From positions 11,408,001 to 11,472,000 of the forward strand of contig OZ024744.1 in the NCBI GenBank assembly GCA_964016885.1: 64,000 bases of DNA, in the 5' to 3' direction. This document shows positions 44,301 through 58,300 of this stretch, piece after piece (within the stretch, counting starts at the first letter, position 1; the number at the start of each line of letters is the position of its first letter). Made by a program: the position numbers and the translations under genes. The notes under the pieces were generated by a model. The model was not told the origin of the DNA, made no database searches, and was given only the letters and a program-made list of their open reading frames with translations. This DNA comes from Eledone cirrhosa (Eukaryota).

Positions 44301-44877
44301 ATATGTCATTGTTGTACTCCAATATGTCGTGTTGTTGTACTCCAATATGTCGTGTTGTTGTACTCCAATATGTTGTGTTGTTGTACTCCAATATGTTGTG
44401 TTGTTGTACTCCAATATGTTGTGTTGTTATACTCCAATATGTTATGTTGTTGTACTCCAATATGTCATGTTGTTGTACTCCAATATGTTTTGATGTTGTA
44501 CTCCAATATGTTGTGTTGTTGTACTCCAATATGTTTTGATGTTGTAGTCCAATATGTTGTGTTGTTGTACTCCAATATGTTGTGTAGTCGTACTCCAATA
44601 TGTTGTGTTGTTGTACTCCAATATGCTGTGATGTTATACTCCAATATGATGTGCTGTTGTACTCCAATGCGTTGTGTTGTTGTACTCCAATATGCTGTGT
44701 TGTTATACTCCAATATGTTGTGTTGTTGTACTCCAATATGTTGTGTTGTTGTACTCCAATATGTTGTGTTGTTGTAATCCAATATCTTGTGTAGTTATAC
44801 TCCAATATGTTGTGCTGTTGTACTCCAATATGTTGAGTTGTTATACTCCAATATGTAGTGTTGTTATACTCCAATAT
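32341..44877 (+). repeat. ~12.5-12.8 kb segmental repeat of ~19,690-32,340
   Basis: ORF offsets of 12,651 (19676->32327, 21496->34147), 12,628 (22817->35445), 12,744 (26148->38892), 12,767 (28136->40903) and 12,537 (30724->43261, 32137->44674). Confidence 0.88.
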
Positions 44878-47390
44878 GTTGTGTTGTTGTACTCCAATCT
44901 GTTGCGTTATACTCCAATATGTTGTGTTGTTATACTCCAATATGTTGTGTTGTTATACTCCAATATGTTGTGTTGTTGTACTCCAATATGTTGTGTAGTC
45001 GTATTCCAATATGTTGTGTTGTTGTACTCTAATATGTTTTGTTGTTATTCTCCAATATGTTGTGATGTTGTACTCCAATGTGTTGTGTTGTTGTACTCCA
45101 ATGTGATGTGTTGCTGTACTCCAATATGTTGTGCTGTTGTACTCCAATATTTTTTGTTTTTTGTACTCCAATATGTTGTGTTGTTATACTCCAATATGTT
45201 GTGTTGTTATACTCCAATATGGTGTGTTGTTGTACTCCAATATGTTGTATTGTTTTCTCCAATATGTCATGTTATACTCCAATATGGTGTGTTCGTGTAC
45301 TCCAATATGTTGTGTTATTGTACTCCAATATGTTGCGTTGTTGTACTCCAATATGTTGTGTTGTTATACTCCAATATGTCGTGTGGCTGTACTCCAATAT
45401 GTCATGTTGTTGTACTCCAATATGTCTTGTTATAGTCCAATATGTCGTGTTGTTGTACTCCAATATATCATGTAGTTGTACTCCAATATTTCGTGTTGTT
45501 GTACCCCAATATGTAGTGTTGTTTATACTCCAATATGTTTTGCTGTTGTACTCCAATATGTTGTGTTGCTGTACTCCTATATGTTGTGTTGTTATTCTCC
45601 AATATGTTGTGCTGTTGTACTCCAATGTGTTGTGTTGTTATACTCCAATGTGTTGTGTTGTTATACTCCAATATGTTGTGTTGTTGTAGTCCAATATGTT
45701 GTGTTGTCGTACTCCAATATGTTGTGTTGTTATACTCCAATATTTCGTGTGGTTGTACTCCAGTATGTCATGGTGTTGTACTTCAATATGTCGTGTTGTT
45801 GTACTCCAATATGTTGTCTTGTTGTACTCCAATCTGTTGTATTGTTGTACTTCAATATGTTCTGTTGTTGTACTCCAATATATTGTGTTGTTGTACTCCA
45901 ATATGTTGTGTTGTTGTACTCCAATATGCTGTGTTGTTGTACTCCAATATGTTGTGTTGTTGTACTCCAATATGTTGTGTTGTTGTACTCCAATATCTTG
46001 TGTTCTTATACTCCAATATGTTGTGTTGTTATACTCCAATATGTTGTGTTGTTGTACTCCAATATGTTGTGCTGTTGTACTCCAATATGATGTGCTGTTG
46101 TACTCCAATATGTTGTGTTGTTGTACTCCAATGTGTTGTGTTGTTGTACTCCAATATGTTGTGCCGTTGTACTCCAATATTTTTTTGTTTTTGTACTCCA
46201 AAATGTTGTGTTGTTATACTCCAATATGTTGTGTTGGTTTACTCCAATATGGTGTGCTGTTGTACTCCAAATCTCGTGTTGTTATACTCCAATGTGTTGT
46301 GTTGTTATACTCCAATATGGTGTGTTGTTGAACTCCAATATGTTGTATTGTTTTTCTCCAATATGTCATGTTATACTCCAATATGTCGTGTTGCTGTACT
46401 CCAATATGTCATGCTGTTGTACTTCAATATGTTTTGCTGTTGTACTCCACCGTGTTGTGTTGTTGAACTCCAATACGTTGTGTTGTTGTTCTCCAATATT
46501 TTGTGCTGTTGTACTCCAATTTGTGTTGTTGTACTCCAATATGTTGTGTTGTTGTACTCCAATATGTTGTGTTGTTGTACTCCAATATGTTGTGTTGTTA
46601 TACTCCAATATGTTGTGCTGTTGTACTCCAATATTTCGTGTTGTTGTACTCCAATATGTCGTGTTGTTGTACTCCAATATGTTTTGATGTTGTACTCAAA
46701 TATGTTGTGTTGTTGTACTCCAATATGTTTTGATGTTGTACTCCAATATGTTGTGTTGTTGTACTCCAATATGTTGTGTAGTCTTACTCCAATATGTTGT
46801 GTTGTTGTACTCCAATATGCTGTGATGTTGTACTCCAATATGATGTGATGTTGTACTCCAATGTGTTGTGTTGTTGTACTCCAATGTGATGTGTTGTTGT
46901 ACTCCAATATGTTGTTGTACTCCAATATGCCATGTTGTCGTACTCCAATATTTCGTGTTGTTGTACTCCAATATGTCATGGTGTTGTACTCCAATATGTT
47001 GTGTTGTTGTACTCCAATATGTTGTGTTGTTGTACTCCAGTATGTTGTGTTGTTGTACTCCAATATGTTGTGTTGTTGTACTCCAATATGTTGTGTTGTT
47101 GTACTCCAATATGTTGTGTTGTTGTACTCCAATATGTTGTGTTGTTGTACTCCAATATGCCATGTTGTTATACTCCAATATGTGGTGGTGTTGTACTCCA
47201 ATATGTCATGTTGTTGTACTCCAATATTTCGTGTTGTTGTACTCCAATATGTCATAGGGGTTGTACTCCAATATGCTGTGTTGCTGTACTCCAATAGGTT
47301 GTGTTGTTGTACTCCAATATGCTGTGTTGGCTGTGCTCCAATACGTTGTGTTGTTGTACTCCAATATGCTGTGCTGCTGTACTCCAATAT
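38150..47390 (+). repeat. 4,369-bp tandem HOR, ~2.1 copies (family B)
   Basis: Constant offset of 4,369: 38468->42837->47206, 38892->43261, 40903->45272, 41997->46366. The match breaks at 47,391. Confidence 0.92.
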
Positions 47391-48889
47391 ATTGTGTTGT
47401 TGTACTCCAATATGTTGTGTTGTTGTACTCCAATATGCTGTGTTGTTGTACTCCAATATGTTGTGTTGTTGTACTCCAATATGTTGTGTTGTTGTACTCC
47501 AATATCTTGTGTTCTTATACTCCAATATGTTGTGTTGTTATACTCCAATATGTTGTGTTGTTGTACTCCAATATGTTGTGCTGTTGTACTCCAATATGAT
47601 GTGCTGTTGTACTCCAATATGTTGTGTTGTTGTACTCCAATGTGTTGTGTTGTTGTACTCCAATATGTTGTGCCGTTGTACTCCAATATTTTTTTGTTTT
47701 TGTACTCCAAAATGTTGTGTTGTTATACTCCAATATGTTGTGTTGGTTTACTCCAATATGGTGTGCTGTTGTACTCCAAATCTCGTGTTGTTATACTCCA
47801 ATGTGTTGTGTTGTTATACTCCAATATGGTGTGTTGTTGAACTCCAATATGTTGTATTGTTTTTCTCCAATATGTCATGTTATACTCCAATATGTCGTGT
47901 TGCTGTACTCCAATATGTCATGCTGTTGTACTTCAATATGTTTTGCTGTTGTACTCCACCGTGTTGTGTTGTTGAACTCCAATACGTTGTGTTGTTGTTC
48001 TCCAATATTTTGTGCTGTTGTACTCCAATTTGTGTTGTTGTACTCCAATATGTTGTGTTGTTGTACTCCAATATGTTGTGTTGTTGTACTCCAATATGTT
48101 GTGTTGTTATACTCCAATATGTTGTGCTGTTGTACTCCAATATTTCGTGTTGTTGTACTCCAATATGTCGTGTTGTTGTACTCCAATATGTTTTGATGTT
48201 GTACTCAAATATGTTGTGTTGTTGTACTCCAATATGTTTTGATGTTGTACTCCAATATGTTGTGTTGTTGTACTCCAATATGTTGTGTAGTCTTACTCCA
48301 ATATGTTGTGTTGTTGTACTCCAATATGCTGTGATGTTGTACTCCAATATGATGTGATGTTGTACTCCAATGTGTTGTGTTGTTGTACTCCAATGTGATG
48401 TGTTGTTGTACTCCAATATGTTGTTGTACTCCAATATGCCATGTTGTCGTACTCCAATATTTCGTGTTGTTGTACTCCAATATGTCATGGTGTTGTACTC
48501 CAATATGTTGTGTTGTTGTACTCCAATATGTTGTGTTGTTGTACTCCAGTATGTTGTGTTGTTGTACTCCAATATGTTGTGTTGTTGTACTCCAATATGT
48601 TGTGTTGTTGTACTCCAATATGTTGTGTTGTTGTACTCCAATATGTTGTGTTGTTGTACTCCAATATGCCATGTTGTTATACTCCAATATGTGGTGGTGT
48701 TGTACTCCAATATGTCATGTTGTTGTACTCCAATATTTCGTGTTGTTGTACTCCAATATGTCATAGGGGTTGTACTCCAATATGCTGTGTTGCTGTACTC
48801 CAATAGGTTGTGTTGTTGTACTCCAATATGCTGTGTTGGCTGTGCTCCAATACGTTGTGTTGTTGTACTCCAATATGCTGTGCTGCTGT
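45872..48889 (+). repeat. 1,509-bp direct tandem duplication (junction ~47,381-47,391)
   Basis: Constant offset of 1,509: 46006->47515, 46366->47875, 46696->48205, 47206->48715. Confidence 0.92.
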
Positions 48890-51800
48890 ACTCCAATATG
48901 TTGTGTTGTTGTACTCCAATATGTTGTGTTGTTGTACTCCAATATGTTGTGTTGTTGTACTCCAATCTATATCGCTGTTGTACTCCAATATGTTGTGTTG
49001 TTGTACTCCAATATGTTGTGCTGTTGTACTCCAATATGTTGTGCTGTTGTACTCCAATATTTTGTGCTGTTATACTCCAATATATTGTGTTGTTATACTC
49101 CAATATGTTGTGTTGTTGTACTCCAAAATATTGTGTTGTTATACTCCAATATGTTGTGTTGTTATACTCCAATAAGTTGTGCTGTTATACTCCAATATGT
49201 TGTGTTGTTGTACTCCAATATGTTGTGCTGTTATACTCCAATATTTTGTGTTGTTATACTCCAATATGTGGTATTGTTGTACTCCAATATGTTGTGCTGT
49301 TGTACTCCAATATGTTGTGTTGTTATACTCCAACATGTTGTGTTGTTATACTCCAATATGTTGTGTTGTTATACTCGAATATGTTGTGTTGTTATACTCG
49401 AATATATTGTGTTGTTATACTCGAATATGTTGTGCTGTTGTACTCCAATATGTCGTGTTGTTGTACTCCAATATATCATGTAGTTGTACTCCAATATTTC
49501 GTGTTGTTGTACCCCAATATGTAGTGTTGTTTATACTCCAATATGTTTTGCTGTTGTACTCCAATATGTTGTGTTGCTGTACTCCTATATGTTGTGTTGT
49601 TATTCTCCAATATGTTGTGCTGTTGTACTCCAATGTGTTGTGTTGTTATACTCCAATATGTTGTGTTGATTTACTCCAATATGTTGTGTTGTTGTACTCC
49701 AATCTGTTGTGTTGTTATACTCCAATGTGTTGTGTTGTTATACTCCAATGTGTTGTGTTGTTATACTCCAATATGTTGTGTTGTTGTAGTCCAATATGTT
49801 GTGTTGTCGTACTCCAATATGTTGTGTTGTTATACTCCAATATTTCGTGTGGTTGTACTCCAATATGTCATGGTGTTGTACTTCAATATGTCGTGTTGTT
49901 GTACTCCAATATGTTGTCTTGCTGTACTCCAATATGTTGTGTTGTTGTACTCCAATATCTTGTGTTCTTATACTCCAATATGTTGTGTTGTTATACTCCA
50001 ATATGTTGTGTTGTTGTACTCCAATATGTTGTGCTGTTTTACTCCAATATGTTGTGTTGTTGTACTCCAATATGTTGTATTGTTTTTCTCCAATATGTCA
50101 TGTTATACTCCAATAAGTTGTGTTCTTGTACTCCAATATGTTGTGTTGTTGTACTCCAATATATCATGTTGTCATACTCCAATATGTCATGCTATACTCC
50201 AATATGTCATTGTTGTACTCCAATATGTCGTGTTGTTGTACTCCAATATGTCGTGTTGTTGTACTCCAATATGTTGTGTTGTTGTACTCCAATATGTTGT
50301 GTTGTTGTACTCCAATATGTTGTGTTGTTATACTCCAATATGTTATGTTGTTGTACTCCAATATGTCATGTTGTTGTACTCCAATATGTTTTGATGTTGT
50401 ACTCCAATATGTTGTGTTGTTGTACTCCAATATGTTTTGATGTTGTAGTCCAATATGTTGTGTTGTTGTACTCCAATATGTTGTGTAGTCGTACTCCAAT
50501 ATGTTGTGTTGTTGTACTCCAATATGCTGTGATGTTGTACTCCAATATGATGTGCTGTTGTACTCCAATGCGTTGTGTTGTTGTACTCCAATATGCTGTG
50601 TTGTTATACTCCAATATGTTGTGTTGTTGTACTCCAATATGTTGTGTTGTTGTACTCCAATATGTTGTGTTGTTGTAATCCAATATCTTGTGTAGTTATA
50701 CTCCAATATGTTGTGCTGTTGTACTCCAATATGTTGAGTTGTTATACTCCAATATGTAGTGTTGTTATACTCCAATATGTTGTGTTGTTGTACTCCAATC
50801 TGTTGCGTTATACTCCAATATGTTGTGTTGTTATACTCCAATATGTTGTGTTGTTTTACTCCAATATGTTGTATTGTTGATCTCCAATATGTCATATTAT
50901 ACTCCAATAAGTTGTGTTCTTGTACTCCAATATGTGTTGTTGTTGTACTCCAATATGTTGCGTTGTTGTACTCCAATATATCATGTTGTCGTACTCCAAT
51001 ATGTCATGTTATACTCCAATATGTTTTGATGCTGTACTCCAATATGTTGTGTTGTTGTACTACAATATGTTGTGTTGTTGTACTCCAATATGTTGTGTTG
51101 TTATACTCCAATATGTTGTGTTGTTGTACTCCAATATGCTGTGTTGTTATACTCCAATATGTAGTGTTGTTATACTCCAATATGTTGTGTTGTTTTACTC
51201 CAATCTGTTGTGTTGTTATACTCCAATATATTGTGTTGTTATACTCCAATATGTTGTGTTGTTTTACTCCAATATGTTGTGTTGTTGTACTCCAATATGT
51301 TGTATTGTTGTTCTCCAATATGTCATGTTATACTCCAATAAGTTGTGTTCTTGTACTCCAATATGTTGTGTTGTTGTACTCCAATATGTTGTGTTGTTGT
51401 ACTCCAATATATCATGTTGTCGTACTCCAATATGTCATGTTATACTCCAATATGTCGTTGTTATACTCCAATATGTCATGATGTTGTACTCCAATATGTC
51501 GTGTTCTTGTACTCCAATATGTCGTGTTGTCGTACTCCAATATGTTGTGTTGTTGTACTCCAATATGTTGTGCTGTTGTACTCCAATATGTTGTGTTGTT
51601 GTACTCCAATATGTTGTGCTGTTATACTCCAATATGGTGTGCTGTTGTACTCCAATATTTCGTGTTGTTGTACTCCAATACGTTGTGTTGTACTCCAATA
51701 TGTTGTGTTGTTATACTCCAATATGTTATGTTGTTGTACTCCAATGTGTCTTGTTGTTGTACTCCAATATGTTTTGATGTTGTACTCCAATATGTTGTGT

Positions 51801-54800
51801 TGTTGTACTCCAATATGTTTTGATGTTGTACTCCAATATGTTGTGTTGTTGTACTCCAATATGTTGTGTAGTCGTATTCCAATATGTTGTGTTGTTGTAC
51901 TCTAATATGTTTTGTTGTTATTCTCCAATATGTTGTGATGTTGTACTCCAATGTGTTGTGTTGTTGTACTCCAATGTGATGTGTTGCTGTACTCCAATAT
52001 GTTGTGCTGTTGTAATCCATATTTTTTGTTTTTTGTACTCCAATATGTTGTGTTGTTATACTCCAATATGTTGTGTTGTTATACTCCAATATGGTGTGTT
52101 GTTGTACTCCAATATGTTGTATTGTTTTCTCCAATATGTCATGTTATACTCCAATATGGTGTGTTCGTGTACTCCAATATGTTGTGTTATTGTACTCCAA
52201 TATGTTGCGTTGTTGTACTGCAATATGTTGTGTTGTTATACTCCAATATGTCGTGTGGCTGTACTCCAATATGTCATGTTGTTGTACTCCAATATGTCTT
52301 GTTATAGTCCAATATGTCGTGTTGTTGTACTCCAATATATCATGTAGTTGTACTCCAATATTTCGTGTTGTTGTACCCCAATATGTAGTGTTGTTTATAC
52401 TCCAATATGTTTTGCTGTTGTACTCCAATATGTTGTGTTGCTGTACTCCTATATGTTGTGTTGTTATTCTCCAATATGTTGTGCTGTTGTACTCCAATGT
52501 GTTGTGTTGTTATACTCCAATGTGTTGTGTTGTTATACTCCAATATGTTGTGTTGTTGTAGTCCAATATGTTGTGTTGCCGTACTCCAATATGTTGTGTT
52601 GTTATACTCCAATATTTCGTGTGGTTGTACTCCAGTATGTCATGGTGTTGTACTTCAATATGTCGTGTTGTTGTACTCCAATATGTTGTCTTGTTGTACT
52701 CCAATCTGTTGTATTGTTGTACTTCAATATGTTCTGTTGTTGTACTCCAATATATTGTGTTGTTGTACTCCAATATGTTGTGTTGTTGTACTCCAATATG
52801 CTGTGTTGTTGTACTCCAATATGTTGTGTTGTTGTACTCCAATATGTTGTGTTGTTGTACTCCAATATCTTGTGTTCTTATACTCCAATATGTTGTGTTG
52901 TTATACTCCAATATGTTGTGTTGTTGTACTCCAATATGTTGTGCTGTTGTACTCCAATATGATGTGCTGTTGTACTCCAATATGTTGTGTTGTTGTACTC
53001 CAATGTGTTTTGTTGTGGTACTCCAATATGTTGTGCCGTTGTACTCCAATATTTTTTTGTTTTTGTACTCCAAAATGTTGTGTTGTTATACTCCAATATG
53101 TTGTGTTGGTTTACTCCAATATGGTGTGCTGTTGTACTCCAAATCTCGTGTTGTTATACTCCAATGTGTTGTGTTGTTATACTCCAATATGGTGTGTTGT
53201 TGAACTCCAATATGTTGTATTGTTTTTCTCCAATATGTCATGTTATACTCCAATATGTCGTGTTGCTGTACTCCAATATGTCATGCTGTTGTACTTCAAT
53301 ATGTTTTGCTGTTGTACTCCACCGTGTTGTGTTGTTGAACTCCAATACGTTGTGTTGTTGTTCTCCAATATTTTTGTGCTGTTGTACTCCAATTTGTGTT
53401 GTTGTACTCCAATATGTTGTGTTGTTGTACTCCAATATGTTGTGTTGTTGTACTCCAATATGTTGTGTTGTTGTACTCCAATATGTTGTGTTGTTATACT
53501 CCAATATGTTGTGCTGTTGTACTCCAATATTTCGTGTTGTTATACTCCAATACGTCGTGTTGTTGTACTCCAATATGTTTTGATGTTGTACTCAAATATG
53601 TTGTGTTGTTGTACTCCAATATGTTTTGATGTTGTACTCCAATATGTTGTGTTGTTGTACTCCAATATGTTGTGTAGTCTTACTCCAATATGTTGTGTTG
53701 TTGTACTCCAATATGCTGTGATGTTGTACTCCAATATGATGTGATGTTGTACTCCAATGTGTTGTGTTGTTGTACTCCAATGTGATGTGTTGTTGTACTC
53801 CAATATGTTGTGTTGTTATACTCCAATATGTTATGTTGTTGTACTCCAATATGTCATGTTGTTGTACTCCAATATGTTTTGATGTTGTACTCCAATATGT
53901 CGTGTTGTTATACTCCAATATGTTATGATGTTGTACTCCAATATATTGTGTTGTTGTACTCCAATATGTTGTGTCGTTGTACTCCAATACGTTGTGTTGT
54001 TGTACTCCAATATGTTGTGTTGTTGTACTCCAATATGTTGTTGTACTCCAATATGCCATGTTGTCGTACTCCAATATTTCGTGTTGTTGTACTCCAATAT
54101 GTCATGGTGTTGTACTCCAATATGTTGTGTTGTTGTACTCCAATATGTTGTGTTGTTGTACTCCAATATGTTGTGTTGTTGTACTCCAATATGCCATGTT
54201 GTTGTACTCCAATATGTGGTGTTGTTGTACTCCAATATGTTGTGTTGTTGTACTCCAATATGTTGTGTTGTTGTACTCCAATATGCCATGTTGTTATACT
54301 CCAATATGTGGTGGTGTTGTACTCCAATATGTCATGTTGTTGTACTCCAATATTTCGTGTTGTTGTACTCCAATATGTCATAGGGGTTGTACTCCAATAT
54401 GCTGTGTTGCTGTACTCCAATAGGTTGTGTTGTTGTACTCCAATATGCTGTGTTGGCTGTGCTCCAATACGTTGTGTTGTTGTACTCCAATATGCTGTGC
54501 TGCTGTACTCCAATATGTTGTGTTGTTGTACTCCAATATGTTGTGTTGTTGTACTCCAATATGTTGTGTTGTTGTACTCCAATCTATATCGCTGTTGTAC
54601 TCCAATATGTTGTGTTGTTGTACTCCAATATGTTGTGCTGTTGTACTCCAATATGTTGTGCTGTTGTACTCCAATATTTTGTGCTGTTATACTCCAATAT
54701 GTTGTGTTGTTATACTCCAATATGTTGTGTTGTTGTACTCCAAAATATTGTGTTGTTATACTCCAATATGTTGTGTTGTTATACTCCAATAAGTTGTGCT

Positions 54801-57800
54801 GTTATACTCCAATATGTTGTGTTGTTGTACTCCAATATGTTGTGCTGTTATACTCCAATATTTTGTGTTGTTATACTCCAATATGTGGTATTGTTGTACT
54901 CCAATATGTTGTGCTGTTGTACTCCAATATGTTGTGTTGTTATACTCCAACATGTTGTGTTGTTATACTCCAATATGTTGTGTTGTTATACTCGAATATG
55001 TTGTGTTGTTATACTCGAATATATTGTGTTGTTATACTCGAATATGTTGTGCTGTTGTACTCCAATATGTCGTGTTGTTGTACTCCAATATATCATGTAG
55101 TTGTACTCCAATATTCCGTGTTGTTGTACCCCAATATGTAGTGTTGTTTATACTCCAATATGTTTTGCTGTTGTACTCCAATATGTTGTGTTGCTGTACT
55201 CCTATATGTTGTGTTGTTATTCTCCAATATGTTGTGCTGTTGTACTCCAATGTGTTGTGTTGTTATACTCCAATATGTTGTGTTGATTTACTCCAATATG
55301 TTGTGTTGTTGTACTCCAATCTGTTGTGTTGTTATACTCCAATGTGTTGTGTTGTTATACTCCAATATGTTGTGTTGTTGTAGTCCAATATGTTGTGTTG
55401 TCGTACTCCAATATGTTGTGTTGTTATACTCCAATATTTCGTGTGGTTGTACTCCAATATGTCATGGTGTTGTACTTCAATATGTCGTGTTGTTGTACTC
55501 CAATATGTTGTCTTGCTGTACTCCAATATGTTGTGTTGTTGTACTCCAATATCTTGTGTTCTTATACTCCAATATGTTGTGTTGTTATACTCCAATATGT
55601 TGTGTTGTTGTACTCCAATATGTTGTGCTGTTTTACTCCAATATGTTGTGTTGTTGTACTCCAATATGTTGTATTGTTTTTCTCCAATATGTCATGTTAT
55701 ACCCCAATAAGTTGTGTTCTTGTACTCCAATATGTTGTGTTGTTGTACTCCAATATATCATGTTGTCGTACTCCAATATGTCATGTCATACTCCAATATG
55801 TCATTGTTGTACTCCAATATGTCGTGTTGTTGTACTCCAATATGTCGTGTTGTTGTACTCCAATATGTTGTGTTGTTGTACTCCAATATGTTGTGTTGTT
55901 GTACTCCAATATGTTGTGTTGTTATACTCCAATATGTTATGTTGTTGTACTCCAATATGTCATGTTGTTGTACTCCAATATGTTTTGATGTTGTACTCCA
56001 ATATGTTGTGTTGTTGAACTCCAATATGTTTTGATGTTGTAGTCCAATATGTTGTGTTGTTGTACTCCAATATGTTGTGTAGTCGTACTCCAATATGTTG
56101 TGTTGTTGTACTCCAATATGCTGTGATGTTGTACTCCAATATGATGTGCTGTTGTACTCCAATGCGTTGTGTTGTTGTACTCCAATATGCTGTGTTGTTA
56201 TACTCCAATATGTTGTGTTGTTGTACTCCAATATGTTGTGTTGTTGTACTCCAATATGTTGTGTTGTTGTAATCCAATATCTTGTGTAGTTATACTCCAA
56301 TATGTTGTGCTGTTGTACTCCAATATGTTGAGTTGTTATACTCCAATATGTAGTGTTGTTATACTCCAATATGTTGTGTTGTTGTACTCCAATCTGTTGC
56401 GTTATACTCCAATATGTTGTGTTGTTATACTCCAATATGTTGTGTTGTTATACTCCAATATGTTGTGTTGTTTTACTCCAATATGTTGTATTGTTGATCT
56501 CCAATATGTCATATTATACTCCAATAAGTTGTGTTCTTGTACTCCAATATGTGTTGTTGTTGTACTCCAATATGTTGCGTTGTTGTACTCCAATATATCA
56601 TGTTGTCGTACTCCAATATGTCATGTTATACTCCAATATGTTTTGATGCTGTACTCCAATATGTTGTGTTGTTGTACTACAATATGTTGTGTTGTTGTAC
56701 TCCAATATGTTGTGTTGTTATACTCCAATATGTTGTGCTGTTGTACTCCAATATGCTGTGTTGTTATACTCCAATATGTAGTGTTGTTATACTCCAATAT
56801 GTTGTGTTGTTGTACTCCAATCTGTTGTGTTGTTATACTCCAATATATTGTGTTGTTATACTCCAATATGTTGTGTTGTTTTACTCCAATATGTTGTGTT
56901 GTTGTACTCCAATATGTTGTATTGTTGTTCTCCAATATGTCATGTTATACTCCAATAAGTTGTGTTCTTGTACTCCAATATGTTGTGTTGTTGTACTCCA
57001 ATATGTTGTGTTGTTGTACTCCAATATATCATGTTGTCGTACTCCAATATGTCATGTTATACTCCAATATGTCGTTGTTATACTCCAATATGTCATGATG
57101 TTGTCCTCCAATATGTCGTGTTCTTGTACTCCAATATGTCGTGTTGTCGTACTCCAATATGTTGTGTTGTTGTACTCCAATATGTTGTGCTGTTGTACTC
57201 CAATATGTTGTGTTGTTGTACTCCAATATGTTGTGTTGTTATACTCCAATATGGTGTGCTGTTGTACTCCAATATTTCGTGTTGTTGTACTCCAATACGT
57301 CGTGTTGTACTCCAATAGGTTGTGTTGTTATACTCCAATATGTTATGTTGTTGTACTCCAATGTGTCTTGTTGTTGTACTCCAATATGTTTTGATGTTGT
57401 ACTCCAATATGTTGTGTTGTTGTACTCCAATATGTTTTGATGTTGTACTCCAATATGTTGTGTTGTTGTACTCCAATATGTTGTGTAGTCGTATTCCAAT
57501 ATGTTGTGTTGTTGTACTCTAATATGTTTTGTTGTTATTCTCCAATATGTTGTGATGTTGTACTCCAATGTGTTGTGTTGTTGTACTCCAATGTGATGTG
57601 TTGCTGTACTCCAATATGTTGTGCTGTTGTACTCCAATATTTTTTGTTTTTTGTACTCCAATATGTTGTGTTGTTATACTCCAATATGTTGTGTTGTTAT
57701 ACTCCAATATGGTGTGTTGTTGTACTCCAATATGTTGTATTGTTTTCTCCAATATGTCATGTTATACTCCAATATGGTGTGTTCGTGTACTCCAATATGT

Positions 57801-58300
57801 TGTGTTATTGTACTCCAATATGTTGCGTTGTTGTACTCCAATATGTTGTGTTGTTATACTCCAATATGTCGTGTGGCTGTACTCCAATATGTCATGTTGT
57901 TGTACTCCAATATGTCTTGTTATAGTCCAATATGTCGTGTTGTTGTACTCCAATATATCATGTAGTTGTACTCCAATATTTCGTGTTGTTGTACCCCAAT
58001 ATGTAGTGTTGTTTATACTCCAATATGTTTTGCTGTTGTACTCCAATATGTTGTGTTGCTGTACTCCTATATGTTGTGTTGTTATTCTCCAATATGTTGT
58101 GCTGTTGTACTCCAATGTGTTGTGTTGTTATACTCCAATGTGTTGTGTTGTTATACTCCAATATGTTGTGTTGTTGTAGTCCAATATGTTGTGTTGTCGT
58201 ACTCCAATATGTTGTGTTGTTATACTCCAATATTTCGTGTGGTTGTACTCCAGTATGTCATGGTGTTGTACTTCAATATGTCGTGTTGTTGTACTCCAAT
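47391..58300 (+). repeat. ~5.4-5.6 kb HOR, ~2 copies (family B, long form)
   Basis: Offsets 47515->52878 (5,363), 48715->54332 (5,617), 50164->55758 (5,594), 50914->56531 (5,617), 52144->57762 (5,618). Confidence 0.87.
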
